Of a DNA stretch of 64,000 nucleotides, positions 19,355-29,224 are shown in pieces. The translations under genes were made by a program, and so were the position numbers. The DNA lies in contig CAVSVK010000013.1 in the NCBI GenBank assembly GCA_963731465.1, forward strand, positions 246,897-310,896, given 5' to 3'. Source of the stretch: an uncultured Gammaproteobacteria bacterium (lineage in GTDB: Bacteria > Pseudomonadota > Gammaproteobacteria > Steroidobacterales > Steroidobacteraceae). Each line of letters begins with the position of its first letter. Positions within the stretch are counted from its first letter, which is position 1. The notes beneath the pieces are model-generated. The model ran no database searches. It was not told the DNA's origin and was given only the letters and a program-made list of their open reading frames with translations.

Positions 19355-19864
19355 ATGCGCACACTGTTGATTTGTTTTCTCATGATCGCCGGCACGCCGG
19401 TCCTCGGCCAACAAGCCCCCGTGTCCCCTTGCGCGGGTGAGGAATTCAAGCAATTGGATTTTTGGCTGGGCGACTGGGATGCCCGCTGGGATGCTTTTCC
19501 GAACACGCCGGCCGGTCGGGGAAGCAATCGCATCACGCGGACCTATGGCGGTTGCGTGACGGAGGAGCATTTCCAAGGCGGCCCTCTCAATGGCCACAGC
19601 GTGTCGACCTATTTCGCCGGCACCAAGAACTGGCGCCAGACCTGGGTGGACAATCAAGGGAGCTACATCGATTTGCAAGGCGGCCCGGACGGCGCCGGCA
19701 ATTTCGTGCTCACCACGCCGCCGCGACCCGGCAGTGCCAAGGCCAACCGCATGGTCTTTACGGATATCAAACCGGATAGCTTCACCTGGCGCTGGCAAGC
19801 GACGCAGGATGGCAAGGCCTGGGCCGACAGCTGGGTCATCCGCTATACGCGCAAGAAAAACTGA
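19355..19864 (+). CDS. Secreted hypothetical protein
   Basis: Signal peptide MRTLLICFLMIAGTPVLGQQ. Small beta-rich domain; no motif recognised. Confidence 0.5.
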   Translation: MRTLLICFLMIAGTPVLGQQAPVSPCAGEEFKQLDFWLGDWDARWDAFPNTPAGRGSNRITRTYGGCVTEEHFQGGPLNGHSVSTYFAGTKNWRQTWVDNQGSYIDLQGGPDGAGNFVLTTPPRPGSAKANRMVFTDIKPDSFTWRWQATQDGKAWADSWVIRYTRKKN

Positions 19865-19881
19865 AACGCGGAGCCGCCTGC

Positions 19882-21177
19882 ATGCACCTCAAATCGACGC
19901 TGGTTCTGCTCGGCATTTTTGCGGGCGCGTTCGCCGCCGCGCAAATACCAGCCGGTCAAACCGCCAAGAGCATGAACAATTCGGCGGCGGCCGCTCCGCA
20001 AGCGCCGCCGGATACCGCGGCATTGCTCAAGCAGGCGAGCCGCGACATCGCATTCTCGAACGGACATTTGTCGGGGGCCGGCGCGGAATTTCTGCTGGCG
20101 CAATTCGCGCATGCGCAGTTCGTTTTGATCGGCGAGAGTCACTATGATCACGACACTCCGATATTCGCCGATGCCCTGTATCGGGAACTGCATGCCAAAT
20201 TGGGCTTCCACCATCTAGTGGTGGAGCAAGATTCAGTCGGGATGGAGGACGCGTTGCAGCCGGGAGTGCGCGGCAACCCGACCGCGCTAGCCGCGATCGC
20301 ACGCCGCGACCCGTATTTGATCGGCTTCGCATCCGATCAGGATCTGCAACTCCTGGCGGATGTCGCCAACATCGAGAAAGGACCTGATCCCGTCTGGGGA
20401 CTGGAGCAGACGCAGGGCACGACCCGCTATCTCCGAGAACTCGCCACGCTTGCGCCGAGGCCGGCGGTGCGAACGACATGTGAGTCCTTGCTGTCGGCGG
20501 CAGAGGCAATAGAAGGCAGCCGCGGTCCGCATGGAAATTATCTGTCCGATGCCGGGGATGCGCTGGCGCAAATGACCGCGCTGCGCGAGCAGTTCCGCAC
20601 GGCTTTGGGATCGCGGGCCCAAAAACTGCTCGACGCACTGGTTAAATCGGCGGAGATATACAGCTACTATCGGCGCGCCGAAAAGGGCGAATATGTCGGT
20701 CTTTACAACAACACGGTTCGCGAGGCGTGGTTCAAGCAGGGCTTCATGGCGGACTATCGACGCTCGATCGCGCTCGGCGACGCCCTGCCGAAGGCGCTGT
20801 TCAAGTTCGGCGACGAACATATGTATCACGGCTTGAATCCGATCCAGGCGTTCCCGATCGGCAACTTCGCGCACGAATTCGCGATCGCGAACGGTCAGGA
20901 TGCCTACAGCATGGCGGTCGTGCCGCTGGGAAGTTATTCCAAATGGAGCGACATGCCGGACTGGCTGCTGCCGCTGCTGCCGCCCGCCCCGCCTGCGCAT
21001 CCGGTGCTGATCGATCTCAGATCGCTAAGACCGTACCAGAAATTGTTTCGAGCAAAGGTCGCCGAGAAGGATCAGTGGCAGGCGCGCGTATTTATCAATG
21101 GGTACGACGCCATCGTGCTGCTCCCGGAGAGCCGCAAGGCAGACATGACCCTCACAGGCTTTGCGAATCCCTTTTAG
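19882..21177 (+). CDS. Secreted hypothetical protein (possible ChaN/erythromycin-esterase/Tiki-like fold)
   Basis: Signal peptide. LIGESHYDHDTP resembles the GExH motif of that superfamily. Functional call is weak. Confidence 0.45.
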   Translation: MHLKSTLVLLGIFAGAFAAAQIPAGQTAKSMNNSAAAAPQAPPDTAALLKQASRDIAFSNGHLSGAGAEFLLAQFAHAQFVLIGESHYDHDTPIFADALYRELHAKLGFHHLVVEQDSVGMEDALQPGVRGNPTALAAIARRDPYLIGFASDQDLQLLADVANIEKGPDPVWGLEQTQGTTRYLRELATLAPRPAVRTTCESLLSAAEAIEGSRGPHGNYLSDAGDALAQMTALREQFRTALGSRAQKLLDALVKSAEIYSYYRRAEKGEYVGLYNNTVREAWFKQGFMADYRRSIALGDALPKALFKFGDEHMYHGLNPIQAFPIGNFAHEFAIANGQDAYSMAVVPLGSYSKWSDMPDWLLPLLPPAPPAHPVLIDLRSLRPYQKLFRAKVAEKDQWQARVFINGYDAIVLLPESRKADMTLTGFANPF

Positions 21178-21187
21178 CGCCCTCGTA

Positions 21188-21457
21188 TCAACAACTCTTC
21201 AAGTGCGCCCCGTATTCGCCCAACTCGCGCGTGATGCGGCCATTGTCGCCAAGCGGGATCGAGCGAGCGCCCGCGAACAGCGCAGCGAGTGCGAACTTCA
21301 ACGCGCGCAGCGCCCTGGCGGCCGGCGCCGGCTGCGAGCCGGGCGTGGGCTCGTAAGACGCCGATTCCGCGGAAGAGCTCTGCGGCCGGTAAATTTCTGG
21401 ATGCGACAAGCCGAGAAGACCGACTGCGATTTTTTGAATTTCATTCATGACGCTCAC
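21188..21457 (-). CDS. Hypothetical small protein (uncertain gene)
   Basis: 89-aa ORF with GC-rich third positions in an otherwise unassigned 400-nt gap. No motif. Confidence 0.25.
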   Translation of the reverse strand: MSVMNEIQKIAVGLLGLSHPEIYRPQSSSAESASYEPTPGSQPAPAARALRALKFALAALFAGARSIPLGDNGRITRELGEYGAHLKSC

Positions 21458-21576
21458 CGTTGCCGTTGCCTATCCGATTCCACGCTTGTAGATTGCTACC
21501 CTGAAGCTCTGGGAACAAATGCAAAGGCTGAACCTGGGTTAAGTAACGCTTAACGCTGAATCCAAACCGGATATTC

Positions 21577-21924
21577 ATGACGCCACTGCACTCGACGCTG
21601 AAGCGCTCTTTGACCATTGATGGCCGCGATTACGTTCTGACCCTGACCGAAACCGCGTTGAAACTCACGCTGAAGGGCAAGCGCAACGGCGTTGAGCTGC
21701 CCTGGTCGCAGCTGGTCAACGGCGAGGCCGCGCTGGCGGTCGCGCTGCATGCATCGCTCGGTGCCTTCGCGAAGCAGGACAAAGCGGGGGCAGCCGAGCG
21801 GCCTCAAGCCCCCAAAGCATCTTTTGCGGCGAAACCGACGGCGAATTTGACGGCGAAATTGGCGGCGAGACCACTTCCCGCCGCCCAAACGAAACGCCGA
21901 GCAGGGCCGGCTCGCAAAAAGTAG
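21577..21924 (+). CDS. Hypothetical small protein with basic C-terminal tail
   Basis: 115 aa. Structured N-terminal half (LTIDGRDYVLTLTETALKLTLKGKRNGVELPW), Ala/Lys/Pro-rich tail. Confidence 0.4.
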   Translation: MTPLHSTLKRSLTIDGRDYVLTLTETALKLTLKGKRNGVELPWSQLVNGEAALAVALHASLGAFAKQDKAGAAERPQAPKASFAAKPTANLTAKLAARPLPAAQTKRRAGPARKK

Positions 21925-21951
21925 GCCGGGCGAACGCCGGCAACTCGACGA

Positions 21952-22365
21952 TTACGCGCCCAGCGGCCTCCAAATCTTGAGCGCGCAGTGCTCAGCTGCC
22001 ATCGCGAAGTCACCATCGGTTGTCAACAATGTCAGATCGTGCCGGATGCAAAGCTGCGCCAGCAGCGCATCAATCGTCCCGAGCTGAATCCCGGAACGCC
22101 GACAGTGGTTGCGCAGTTCTGCGGCCTCGATATAGTCCTGCCGATCGGGGACAAGCAATGGCAGCGCCGCAAATCGTTGCACCAGGTCCTTGCGCGCGCG
22201 TGGTCCCGAGAATCCCTGCAACAATTCCTGCAGTATAAGACCGGTGGTGACGATCGCATCGCCGCCGTTGAGAGCGGCTTGCAACGCTGCTACCTGGGGA
22301 GTGAGCGCAGCGCTATCGCGGCGAAACGCCAGCGACCATACGCTGGTATCAACGAGCAGCGTCAC
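21952..22365 (-). CDS. vapC: Type II toxin VapC (PIN-domain ribonuclease)
   Basis: MTLLVDTSVW with the conserved N-terminal Asp, 137 aa, 4-nt overlap with the upstream antitoxin. Confidence 0.85.
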   Translation of the reverse strand: MTLLVDTSVWSLAFRRDSAALTPQVAALQAALNGGDAIVTTGLILQELLQGFSGPRARKDLVQRFAALPLLVPDRQDYIEAAELRNHCRRSGIQLGTIDALLAQLCIRHDLTLLTTDGDFAMAAEHCALKIWRPLGA

Positions 22366-22559
22366 CGCGAACGCTCAGCCTTATAGTCGTAAGGCCGATC
22401 CCATTCTAGTTTGCCCATCAGATCCAAAAAATGCTTCTGCCTGCGCCGCGCGATGTATTCCTCGAGGGCACGGGTCACCGCCGCCTTCTTGGTGCGCTCG
22501 CCCCCTACTTTGACCGCTTGTTCAATCAGCTTCGGATCCAGTGAAAGATTGGTCGCCAT
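22362..22559 (-). CDS. vapB: Type II antitoxin (VapB-type)
   Basis: 65-aa ORF immediately upstream of, and overlapping, vapC. Confidence 0.75.
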   Translation of the reverse strand: MATNLSLDPKLIEQAVKVGGERTKKAAVTRALEEYIARRRQKHFLDLMGKLEWDRPYDYKAERSR

Positions 22560-22628
22560 GTGTCACCTCTCACACATCAGTTTACACAAAACGGGAACCC
22601 CTGCCAATCCGCGCCTTGGCCGCCAAAG

Positions 22629-22657
22629 TTGACAATCATCAATATTCATCCTAAAAG
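22629..22657 (+). promoter_or_regulatory. Candidate sigma70-type promoter for the ArsR-SRPBCC pair
   Basis: TTGACA (22629-22634), 17-nt spacer, TAAAAG (22652-22657). The ATG at 22666 follows 8 nt later, implying a near-leaderless mRNA. The spacer contains the near-palindrome ATCAATATTCAT. Confidence 0.25.
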
Positions 22658-22665
22658 GTTAATAT

Positions 22666-22992
22666 ATGTCTGACGCAGCAAAGCTCGACAACATCTTAGG
22701 GGCGCTCGCCGATCCCACCCGGCGCGCGATCCTGCTGCGGCTGTCGCGAGGCGATGCGCGGGTTACGGATTTGGCGGCGCCGTTCGCGATCTCGCTCAAT
22801 TCCGTCTCGAAGCACATCCGCATTCTCGAGCGCGCGCGGCTCATCGAGCGCCGCAGAATGGGCCGCGAGCACGTCTTGTCGAGAAATCCGCACGCCTTGA
22901 ACGAGGCCGCGGCGTGGATTCAGACACTGCAAGCCAAATGGCATAGCCGCATTGATCGGCTGGAAAAAGCACTCGACCAGGAGAACTCATGA
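22666..22992 (+). CDS. ArsR/SmtB-family transcriptional regulator
   Basis: LADPTRRAILLRL...VTDLAAPFAISLNSVSKHIRILERARLI winged-HTH signature. Confidence 0.9.
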   Translation: MSDAAKLDNILGALADPTRRAILLRLSRGDARVTDLAAPFAISLNSVSKHIRILERARLIERRRMGREHVLSRNPHALNEAAAWIQTLQAKWHSRIDRLEKALDQENS

Positions 22993-23483
22993 CAACCAGT
23001 CAGAAGGCCGTGGAGCCGAAGCATTTCGTGATCGACCGGACGCTCAGGGCCGCCGTGGAGAAAGTGTGGCGAATGTGGACCACCAAGGAGGGCCTCGAAA
23101 AATGGTGGGGCCCCGAGCATTTCAGCTCCACGGTGCGTCATCTTGACGTGCGCGTCGGCGGACGCTTTGAAATTGTGATGACGGCAATGCTGCCGGAAAT
23201 CATTGCGCATCTGAAGGCCTCAGGCATGGGCGAGAGCTCGGTGGCAAAGGGCGATTACACCGTCATCGAGCCCAACCGGCGCCTGATCTATACCAATGCC
23301 GTGGATTTTGTCCCCGGCGTGCCACCGTATACCTCAACCACGCAGGTCGAGATGTCCGCCACGTCCACCGGCGGCACGCGGCTGATCATCACCAACGACG
23401 TGATGCATGATGAGCAGTGGACGGCCATGGCGACGATGGGCTGGACACAGCAGATCGGCAAGCTCGAGAAACTGATGAATTGA
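22989..23483 (+). CDS. SRPBCC/AHSA1-domain protein
   Basis: VWRMWTTKEGLEKWWGPE motif typical of Aha1-like SRPBCC proteins. ATGA overlap with the ArsR gene. Confidence 0.85.
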   Translation: MTTSQKAVEPKHFVIDRTLRAAVEKVWRMWTTKEGLEKWWGPEHFSSTVRHLDVRVGGRFEIVMTAMLPEIIAHLKASGMGESSVAKGDYTVIEPNRRLIYTNAVDFVPGVPPYTSTTQVEMSATSTGGTRLIITNDVMHDEQWTAMATMGWTQQIGKLEKLMN

Positions 23484-23860
23484 CCTTGGGACCGGCCGCG
23501 CCGCTCTGCCTTACGCGCTCACCAGCCGGCAGGGAATCGGCGCGCTTTCATCGAAGTACCAAATGGCGCATATGCGATGGTAGCCATCGGCCACGACCAA
23601 GGGCACGCCTTGCGGAACGATCGCAGCAGGCGATGCGCCCTGGCGACGGGGTAAATAAGCAAAAGAAAACTCAAAGCACCCTCGTAGTCCTCCGCCTCAG
23701 GCTTTTTTTTCCAAACCAATTTTTGTTTTGACATGGCAGAGCCAGCGCGCTTGAGGGGCAGCAGAGTATGCGGGCGGGCGGAATTGGACACAATTCAGCG
23801 CCAAAAAAAGGAATGCCCGGGCTCTAAGCATGCGGGCACTCCTGTGATAACCGATCGGCC

Positions 23861-24619
23861 TTAGATCAATCTTCGCTGCACTTTCGCGCTTCTCGACCAA
23901 AGCCGCGGAATGAGCATCGGCGTACGCGCCCGATAGTCGACGTAGGTCGTTCCGAACGCCGCTACCAAATCCCGCTCCTCGAAACGGATTGCAATGAGGA
24001 TGTAGGCGGTGGTGGCGAGCGCGAAGACCAGGTGGGCGACGGTCATCGTGGGCGCGGCCCAGAAAATCGTGAGCCATCCGATATACAAGGGATGGCGCAC
24101 CACCTTGTACAAGCTGGGGGTACGAAATACCGGCGCCCGATAGGTTTTGTCGAGAAGCCGGCGCCATACCTGCTTCAATCCAAACAGGTCAAAGTGATCG
24201 ATCAGGAAAGTCGTATACAACAGCAGCAGCCAGCCGAACAGGTACAGCCCGATGATGCTGTTGCGGACGACCCCGTCTGACGCGCTCCAAATGACCCCGC
24301 CGATCGGCTCCCAAAATATATAGAGCGCGACCAGCGCGAGCGAACTGAGCAGCACATAGGTGCTGCGCTCGGCCGCTTCCGGCACGAAGCGCTTCCACCA
24401 GGCCTTGAACGCCGGCCGCGCCATGCCGCTGTGCTGAAGCGCGAATGCGGCGAGCAGCGCGAGGTCCGCTGTCAATGCATGGCCCAGCGACGAGCTGGGC
24501 ACGCCATCCAGGCTGGTCGGCGTCAGAAAGCCGCCGATGAAGCCGATGCCGTACAGAAACACGGCGAAAAAGACCAGATAACTTAAGATGCCGTAGGCAA
24601 AGATTCCGATGCGAGACAT
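23861..24619 (-). CDS. Membrane methyltransferase of the ICMT / MddA-like (methanethiol S-methyltransferase-like) family
   Basis: Polytopic. C-terminal FRTPSLYKVVRHPLYIGW...IRFEERDL signature of the ICMT/PEMT/MddA family. Confidence 0.8.
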   Translation of the reverse strand: MSRIGIFAYGILSYLVFFAVFLYGIGFIGGFLTPTSLDGVPSSSLGHALTADLALLAAFALQHSGMARPAFKAWWKRFVPEAAERSTYVLLSSLALVALYIFWEPIGGVIWSASDGVVRNSIIGLYLFGWLLLLYTTFLIDHFDLFGLKQVWRRLLDKTYRAPVFRTPSLYKVVRHPLYIGWLTIFWAAPTMTVAHLVFALATTAYILIAIRFEERDLVAAFGTTYVDYRARTPMLIPRLWSRSAKVQRRLI

Positions 24620-24713
24620 GAGCGACTCCTTGTAAAAATCAGGTGTCGCATGCTGGCGCGGGCGCAGCTTTGGCGCATGGGGCGCTCATCCCCATCTTTC
24701 GGATTTCATATCC

Positions 24714-27332
24714 CTATTTTTTGAGGGTGCCGAGCAGTCCCCGGGCGCGGGCGGCGGTGGCGGCCTCCTGCCGGGTGGGCGCTTCGAGCCGGGCCATGAT
24801 GGCCGAAACATGGTGTTCCGCGGTCTTGGCGGAAATGCACAGGCGCCGGGCGATCTCGGCATTACTCAAGCCCTCGCCGACGAGACCCAGCACCTCCATC
24901 TGCCGGCGAGTGAGACCCGCTGCGTTGGCCCGAGTCCCGGCGATGGGGCCGCGCGGCACGGCCCGTGACCCGCCCGCGCGCAGTTGCCTGCGGACCCGCG
25001 CAGCCGCGGGCGCGGCTCCCAAATGATCGAAAATCTCCAGCGCGTGGCGCTGCGCGGCTTCATCTCCGCCGCATAGCGCCAGAGCCTCCTCGTAGGGACG
25101 GCCGAGGCTGCGCCAGCCTGCCGCCGCCGGCTCCCAGCGGCCCTCGCAATGATCGCGATACGGCTGCACAAATTCCGCCGCTCCGGTTACCGGCTCGCCC
25201 AGCATGTAGAGCCATAGCGCCGCATCTTCCGCCACCCAGTGCGAATTGCGCGCTTGCGCGATCGTAAATATCTCGCTCAGCAGGGATTTCGCCTCATGGG
25301 TGGCGGCTGACGCCGCATCATTCAGCTGCCAGGCTTCCTCCGCGACCATCATGGCGATGTACACGGCACGCTGCGGCTCAGACATGGCCGCGGCCAGACG
25401 CCTGGCTGCTTCCAACGGTATGTCGGCATCCTGATCGCCGCGCCGTATGCGCAGGCGCGCCAGCGCGATCAGCGCAGGAAAGCGGTACATTTCCGCGGCG
25501 TAGGAGCGGCTGCAGATCTCCTGGGCCTCTTCTTCCGCGCGGTTCCAATCGCCCCGGTCGAGCCAAACCATGGCGCGCCAGCCGCGCAGGTACGCTTCCC
25601 AATGCGAAAGATCCAGTGCGTCGGCGTAGGCGACACCGCGCTCGATATAGGCGAGTGCCGAGTCATAATCGCGCCGCCAGTAACTGGCGCAGGTGAGATT
25701 GCAGGACGCGCGTTCCACATGGTCGTGATACTTGCCGGCGACGGCCAGATCAAAACTCTGCTTGAGCTCCGGACCGCTCGTGGCATCGCCGTCGTCGGAT
25801 TTGGCCGTGCCGATGTTGCCGAGCGCATGAATGATGATTTCCTTTTCGCCGAGCTGCTCTGCCAGCTCGAGGGCGCGCTCGCCCCAGCCGATCGCGCTGT
25901 CCATGCGCGAGGCCAGCATGTCGAGCTGGGACTGATGCGAATACGCCCAGGCCAGTTCGGGTCCGGGCGGCGCCGTCTGCAGCACCGCGATCGCCTCGTC
26001 GACAAAGCGTTCGGCCTCGGCGCGGCGCGCGCACATCCAGGCAAAACGCGTCAGCCGGGTGAGATCCTGCCCGAGCTTGAGCGTGTCATTACTCCGGCGC
26101 CGCAGTTCAGCCGCCTCCCCCATGGAGATCATGGCGAGGTCGGATGACCCCATCAGATAGGCCTGCTCCCCATGGCACTCCAGGGTCTCGACCACCAGGT
26201 CGGGCGGCAGCGCGTTGCGATGCCGAAGAATGGCCGCAAAATGCGAAGCCGCCTCGCGCGGTGCGCCCGCCCTCGCCGCCTCCTCGCCCGCGAGCCGCGC
26301 GAATTTGAGCAGCGCCGCAGAATCTCCCGCTTTCTCGGCATGGTGGGCGATTTCGCTGGCCCGCGCATCGGCGCGCCGTTTCAGAACATCGACCACCTTT
26401 TGATGCAGCGCGCGGCGGCGGGTCGGCGCGATGGATGCTTCAATGGCGCGGCGGGCAAGCTCATGGCGGAACTGCACCAGGCCGCCCTCGAGCGACAACA
26501 TGCCTTTCTCCACGCAGTCATCGAGGCCGGTGTCGATGCTGCCTTTGACCAGATCAGCGACCACCGCGGTTTCCGCGTGACGGGGAAACAACGACACCGC
26601 CTCGAGCACGATCCGTGCCGATTCGCACAGGCGCGATGCGCGCGCCAGCGTCGAGTCGCGCACCGCCTCGGTCGGGACGTCATCCTCCACCGCGAGGGCC
26701 TCGGTGACCAGAAACGCATTGCCGGCGGTGAGCGCATAGAGCCGCTCGGCGTGGCGGCCGGCCTTGGAGGCCAGACCGGTCACGGCGGCGAGCGACAGCG
26801 GCGCCAGCGTCATGCGCTCAACGCTTCCCACCGGCGCTTCGCCGAGAACCGTGCGCACCGGCGAGCGCGCATCCACCTCTTCATCCCGATAGCTGATCAG
26901 AATCAGCGCGCGCACGCGCGCGATGCGCCGGCCGAGAAAACGGATGAGGTCCAGGGTCGCGGTATCGGCCCAATGTACGTCCTCGATGATCAGCAATGCC
27001 GGTGCCGCGCCCTGCGACAACAGCCGCAGCATCGACTCGAAGGCGCGAATGTGGTCGGATTGAAGATCGAAGTCCGCGCCGCTGGCGCGCGCAATGTCAC
27101 GCAGCGGCAGCAACACCTCGGGCGTCGAGAGATTTTCACAGGCACCCCAATAGACCCGCGCACCGCCGGCGCCGCCAGCGCTGCCGGCGACGAATTGCTC
27201 GATCAGCGCCGTTTTACCGGCGCCGGCCTCGGCCGCAATGGCGACGATCCGGCCCCTGCCCGCGCGCGCATCCGCGAAAGCATCGCCCAAGCACCGCAGT
27301 TGATCTTCGCGCTCCAGCAGCTCGATCGGCAT
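24714..27332 (-). CDS. STAND-type (MalT-like) ATPase + TPR-like region + LuxR HTH transcriptional regulator
   Basis: Walker A AAEAGAGKTAL, Walker B LLIIEDVHWAD, long helical-repeat middle, C-terminal LTRRQMEVLGLVGEGLSNAEIARRLCISAKTAEHHV. Confidence 0.85.
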   Translation of the reverse strand: MPIELLEREDQLRCLGDAFADARAGRGRIVAIAAEAGAGKTALIEQFVAGSAGGAGGARVYWGACENLSTPEVLLPLRDIARASGADFDLQSDHIRAFESMLRLLSQGAAPALLIIEDVHWADTATLDLIRFLGRRIARVRALILISYRDEEVDARSPVRTVLGEAPVGSVERMTLAPLSLAAVTGLASKAGRHAERLYALTAGNAFLVTEALAVEDDVPTEAVRDSTLARASRLCESARIVLEAVSLFPRHAETAVVADLVKGSIDTGLDDCVEKGMLSLEGGLVQFRHELARRAIEASIAPTRRRALHQKVVDVLKRRADARASEIAHHAEKAGDSAALLKFARLAGEEAARAGAPREAASHFAAILRHRNALPPDLVVETLECHGEQAYLMGSSDLAMISMGEAAELRRRSNDTLKLGQDLTRLTRFAWMCARRAEAERFVDEAIAVLQTAPPGPELAWAYSHQSQLDMLASRMDSAIGWGERALELAEQLGEKEIIIHALGNIGTAKSDDGDATSGPELKQSFDLAVAGKYHDHVERASCNLTCASYWRRDYDSALAYIERGVAYADALDLSHWEAYLRGWRAMVWLDRGDWNRAEEEAQEICSRSYAAEMYRFPALIALARLRIRRGDQDADIPLEAARRLAAAMSEPQRAVYIAMMVAEEAWQLNDAASAATHEAKSLLSEIFTIAQARNSHWVAEDAALWLYMLGEPVTGAAEFVQPYRDHCEGRWEPAAAGWRSLGRPYEEALALCGGDEAAQRHALEIFDHLGAAPAAARVRRQLRAGGSRAVPRGPIAGTRANAAGLTRRQMEVLGLVGEGLSNAEIARRLCISAKTAEHHVSAIMARLEAPTRQEAATAARARGLLGTLKK

Positions 27333-27401
27333 GCCCTCGGGTGGTGAACCTACAGTCTGCCGACATTGTGTACCTCCAGCAGCTCAAGGATACAAGCCGG
27401 G

Positions 27402-28928
27402 TCACTTTTCGAGGGCGCCGGGCCGCCAGTCGACGGCGCCGAAACGGGCGTGTCCGAGCAGGGTGTAACCGACGCTGAAGGTGCCGACGGTTTGGTGCGA
27501 TGTCGGCAAGGTGGCGTAGCGCCCGTTGCGGCTTGCCTCGGAGTAGCGAAAGGTGATGCCGTGCAAGTTATAGACACGAATGGTCAGCGCCGTATCGACG
27601 CGCGAGATGTCCTCCGAACCCGTGCTTTCGGTGGCCGCGACACGGCTGATGTAGTACTCGCGAAACGTGGTGTCGAGCGCGGCGCGGTCACCGAAGATCA
27701 GGCGGGCCTGCACTTCCCCCTGCGGCGCCATACCGTAGTGATAGTCACGCTGACCATCGCCCAGCACTCCGGCTTGCGTCACACCGGCGCCATGGATGAC
27801 GCCGCCGCCGCCATAACCCACACCCAATAGCGCCGTGCCCTGCAATGCGACCTGGCGCGACAGCCACCATTGGCCGGTGGTCCCCAGTGCGGCAGCGGTG
27901 GTGGAAACGCGAAATATTTGCGGGCCGACATATTCGTACGTGCCGTACAAGCCCCAAATGCCGCGATAGTTGGCGCCCAGCGCGTAGTCGGTACCGAACA
28001 GCAATCCGCGGCTGAATAGAGTTTCCACGGCATTGGTGGTGTCGGCGCTCAACTCGAAATTAAAGTAGTCGAACGGCCTTTCGTAGCTGTAATCGGGTTT
28101 GCCCGGCAGTCCGTAGGCCATGGTGAAAATGGCACTGGCGCTTTGACGCCGGAAGGTTTGCGCCGCCGGCGGCGCGGTCGGGTCTGCGTTGACATTGACG
28201 TTGGAATAAAAGTGCGCGCTCAAGCTTTCGCCGAGATCCACGCGCGTGAATACGGCCGGATCGTTGCTGCGAAATACGCCCGCGAAGCGGTCGCCATAGA
28301 CCAATCGATTGAGTCCCATGGAAGGCGAGATGACCGCGGCGCCGATTTTTCGCCAGAGACCCGGCTCGCCGTCCGGGCCGCTTTCCAACAGCAGGCTCGC
28401 CATGCGGAACAGCGGTTCGCCGAGGAAGTTTCCGGCGATACCGCTCGCCACCTGATCGTTGATGGAGGGCCGCGTGGTCTCGCCGGCATACTCCCAGAGC
28501 AGGCTGCCCGCAAAGGTATAGGCCGAGGATTGCCAGAAGTCCAAGCCCGAGGAGCGCGCCAGCCCTTGGTAGAAGGCGCCCTGATAGGGATGCAGGAATT
28601 GGTTGGTGGCGAAGGCGTCGTTGTCCACCACCCATTTATGGTGCAAGTTGTCCCGGAAATTTGAGAGCGGCGATGCATAGACTTCCGAATCCACCGCATA
28701 GTGATCGACGCGGTTGAGCAGCAGCTCGAACGCCGGTATTTCGTAGGCCGGCACCCAATAGCTCTTGCCCTCGCCCACGCCCCAGTCCTTTACGGGAGTG
28801 GGCTCCGGCGCGGCGAAGGCGGTCGGCGCTTCTTTCTGCGGTGGCGTGTCGAGCTTTGGATCGTCCGCCAAGGCGGCTCGTGCGGCAGCCAACGCAAGGC
28901 AGCAAACGATGCAAACGGAAGCGTTCAT
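27402..28928 (-). CDS. Secreted DUF3943-like protein with beta-rich C-terminal half
   Basis: Signal peptide MNASVCIVCCLALAAARAALA. WVVDNDAFATNQFLHPYQGAFYQGLARS motif recalled from DUF3943. The alternating-pattern C-terminus suggests an outer-membrane association. Confidence 0.55.
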   Translation of the reverse strand: MNASVCIVCCLALAAARAALADDPKLDTPPQKEAPTAFAAPEPTPVKDWGVGEGKSYWVPAYEIPAFELLLNRVDHYAVDSEVYASPLSNFRDNLHHKWVVDNDAFATNQFLHPYQGAFYQGLARSSGLDFWQSSAYTFAGSLLWEYAGETTRPSINDQVASGIAGNFLGEPLFRMASLLLESGPDGEPGLWRKIGAAVISPSMGLNRLVYGDRFAGVFRSNDPAVFTRVDLGESLSAHFYSNVNVNADPTAPPAAQTFRRQSASAIFTMAYGLPGKPDYSYERPFDYFNFELSADTTNAVETLFSRGLLFGTDYALGANYRGIWGLYGTYEYVGPQIFRVSTTAAALGTTGQWWLSRQVALQGTALLGVGYGGGGVIHGAGVTQAGVLGDGQRDYHYGMAPQGEVQARLIFGDRAALDTTFREYYISRVAATESTGSEDISRVDTALTIRVYNLHGITFRYSEASRNGRYATLPTSHQTVGTFSVGYTLLGHARFGAVDWRPGALEK

Positions 28929-29224
28929 GGCGTGCTCGTTTTCTTGTTCTCGCGCGAGGGGTGTTTTTCCCAGGACAGCCAGGCGATTTAAGCAACTCTA
29001 TGCAGCAAAGCGAATTCGGATTCCTAGGCGTTTGCTGTCGGTGGTGGCCTACGAACCACCACGCGAGCTTTCAACTATGCCCTCATCGACGATGTCACCA
29101 ATAACCTGACCGTGCTGAAGGTGGCCGAACGCCAGGGGAAAAGTCGTTTTTGTGAGCTGATTGTTGAAAAACCGTGACGGCGGTGAACCAGCCGGCGCGC
29201 GGTTTTGCTACATTCTTGCCCTGC

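Noticed and set aside
26172-27347. 391-aa ORF antisense to the STAND-LuxR regulator
   Set aside because: Same reasoning: low-complexity Arg/Ala/Gly-rich translation, while the opposite strand has Walker A/B and LuxR HTH motifs.
29041-29062. 7-bp inverted repeat GTGGTGG-N8-CCACCAC in the same spacer
   Set aside because: It is a short stem in a divergent promoter region and occurs only once. That is not enough to call an operator or an RNA element.
29028-29177. Coding-looking open frame (…FNYALIDDVTNNLTVLKVAERQGKSRFCELIVEKP) with GC-rich third positions in the divergent spacer upstream of the AAA+ gene
   Set aside because: It has no ATG, only late GTGs, and is bounded by a TAG 50 codons upstream. 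It is too short and has no motif. It could be a gene remnant, but that cannot be supported without a blastx search.
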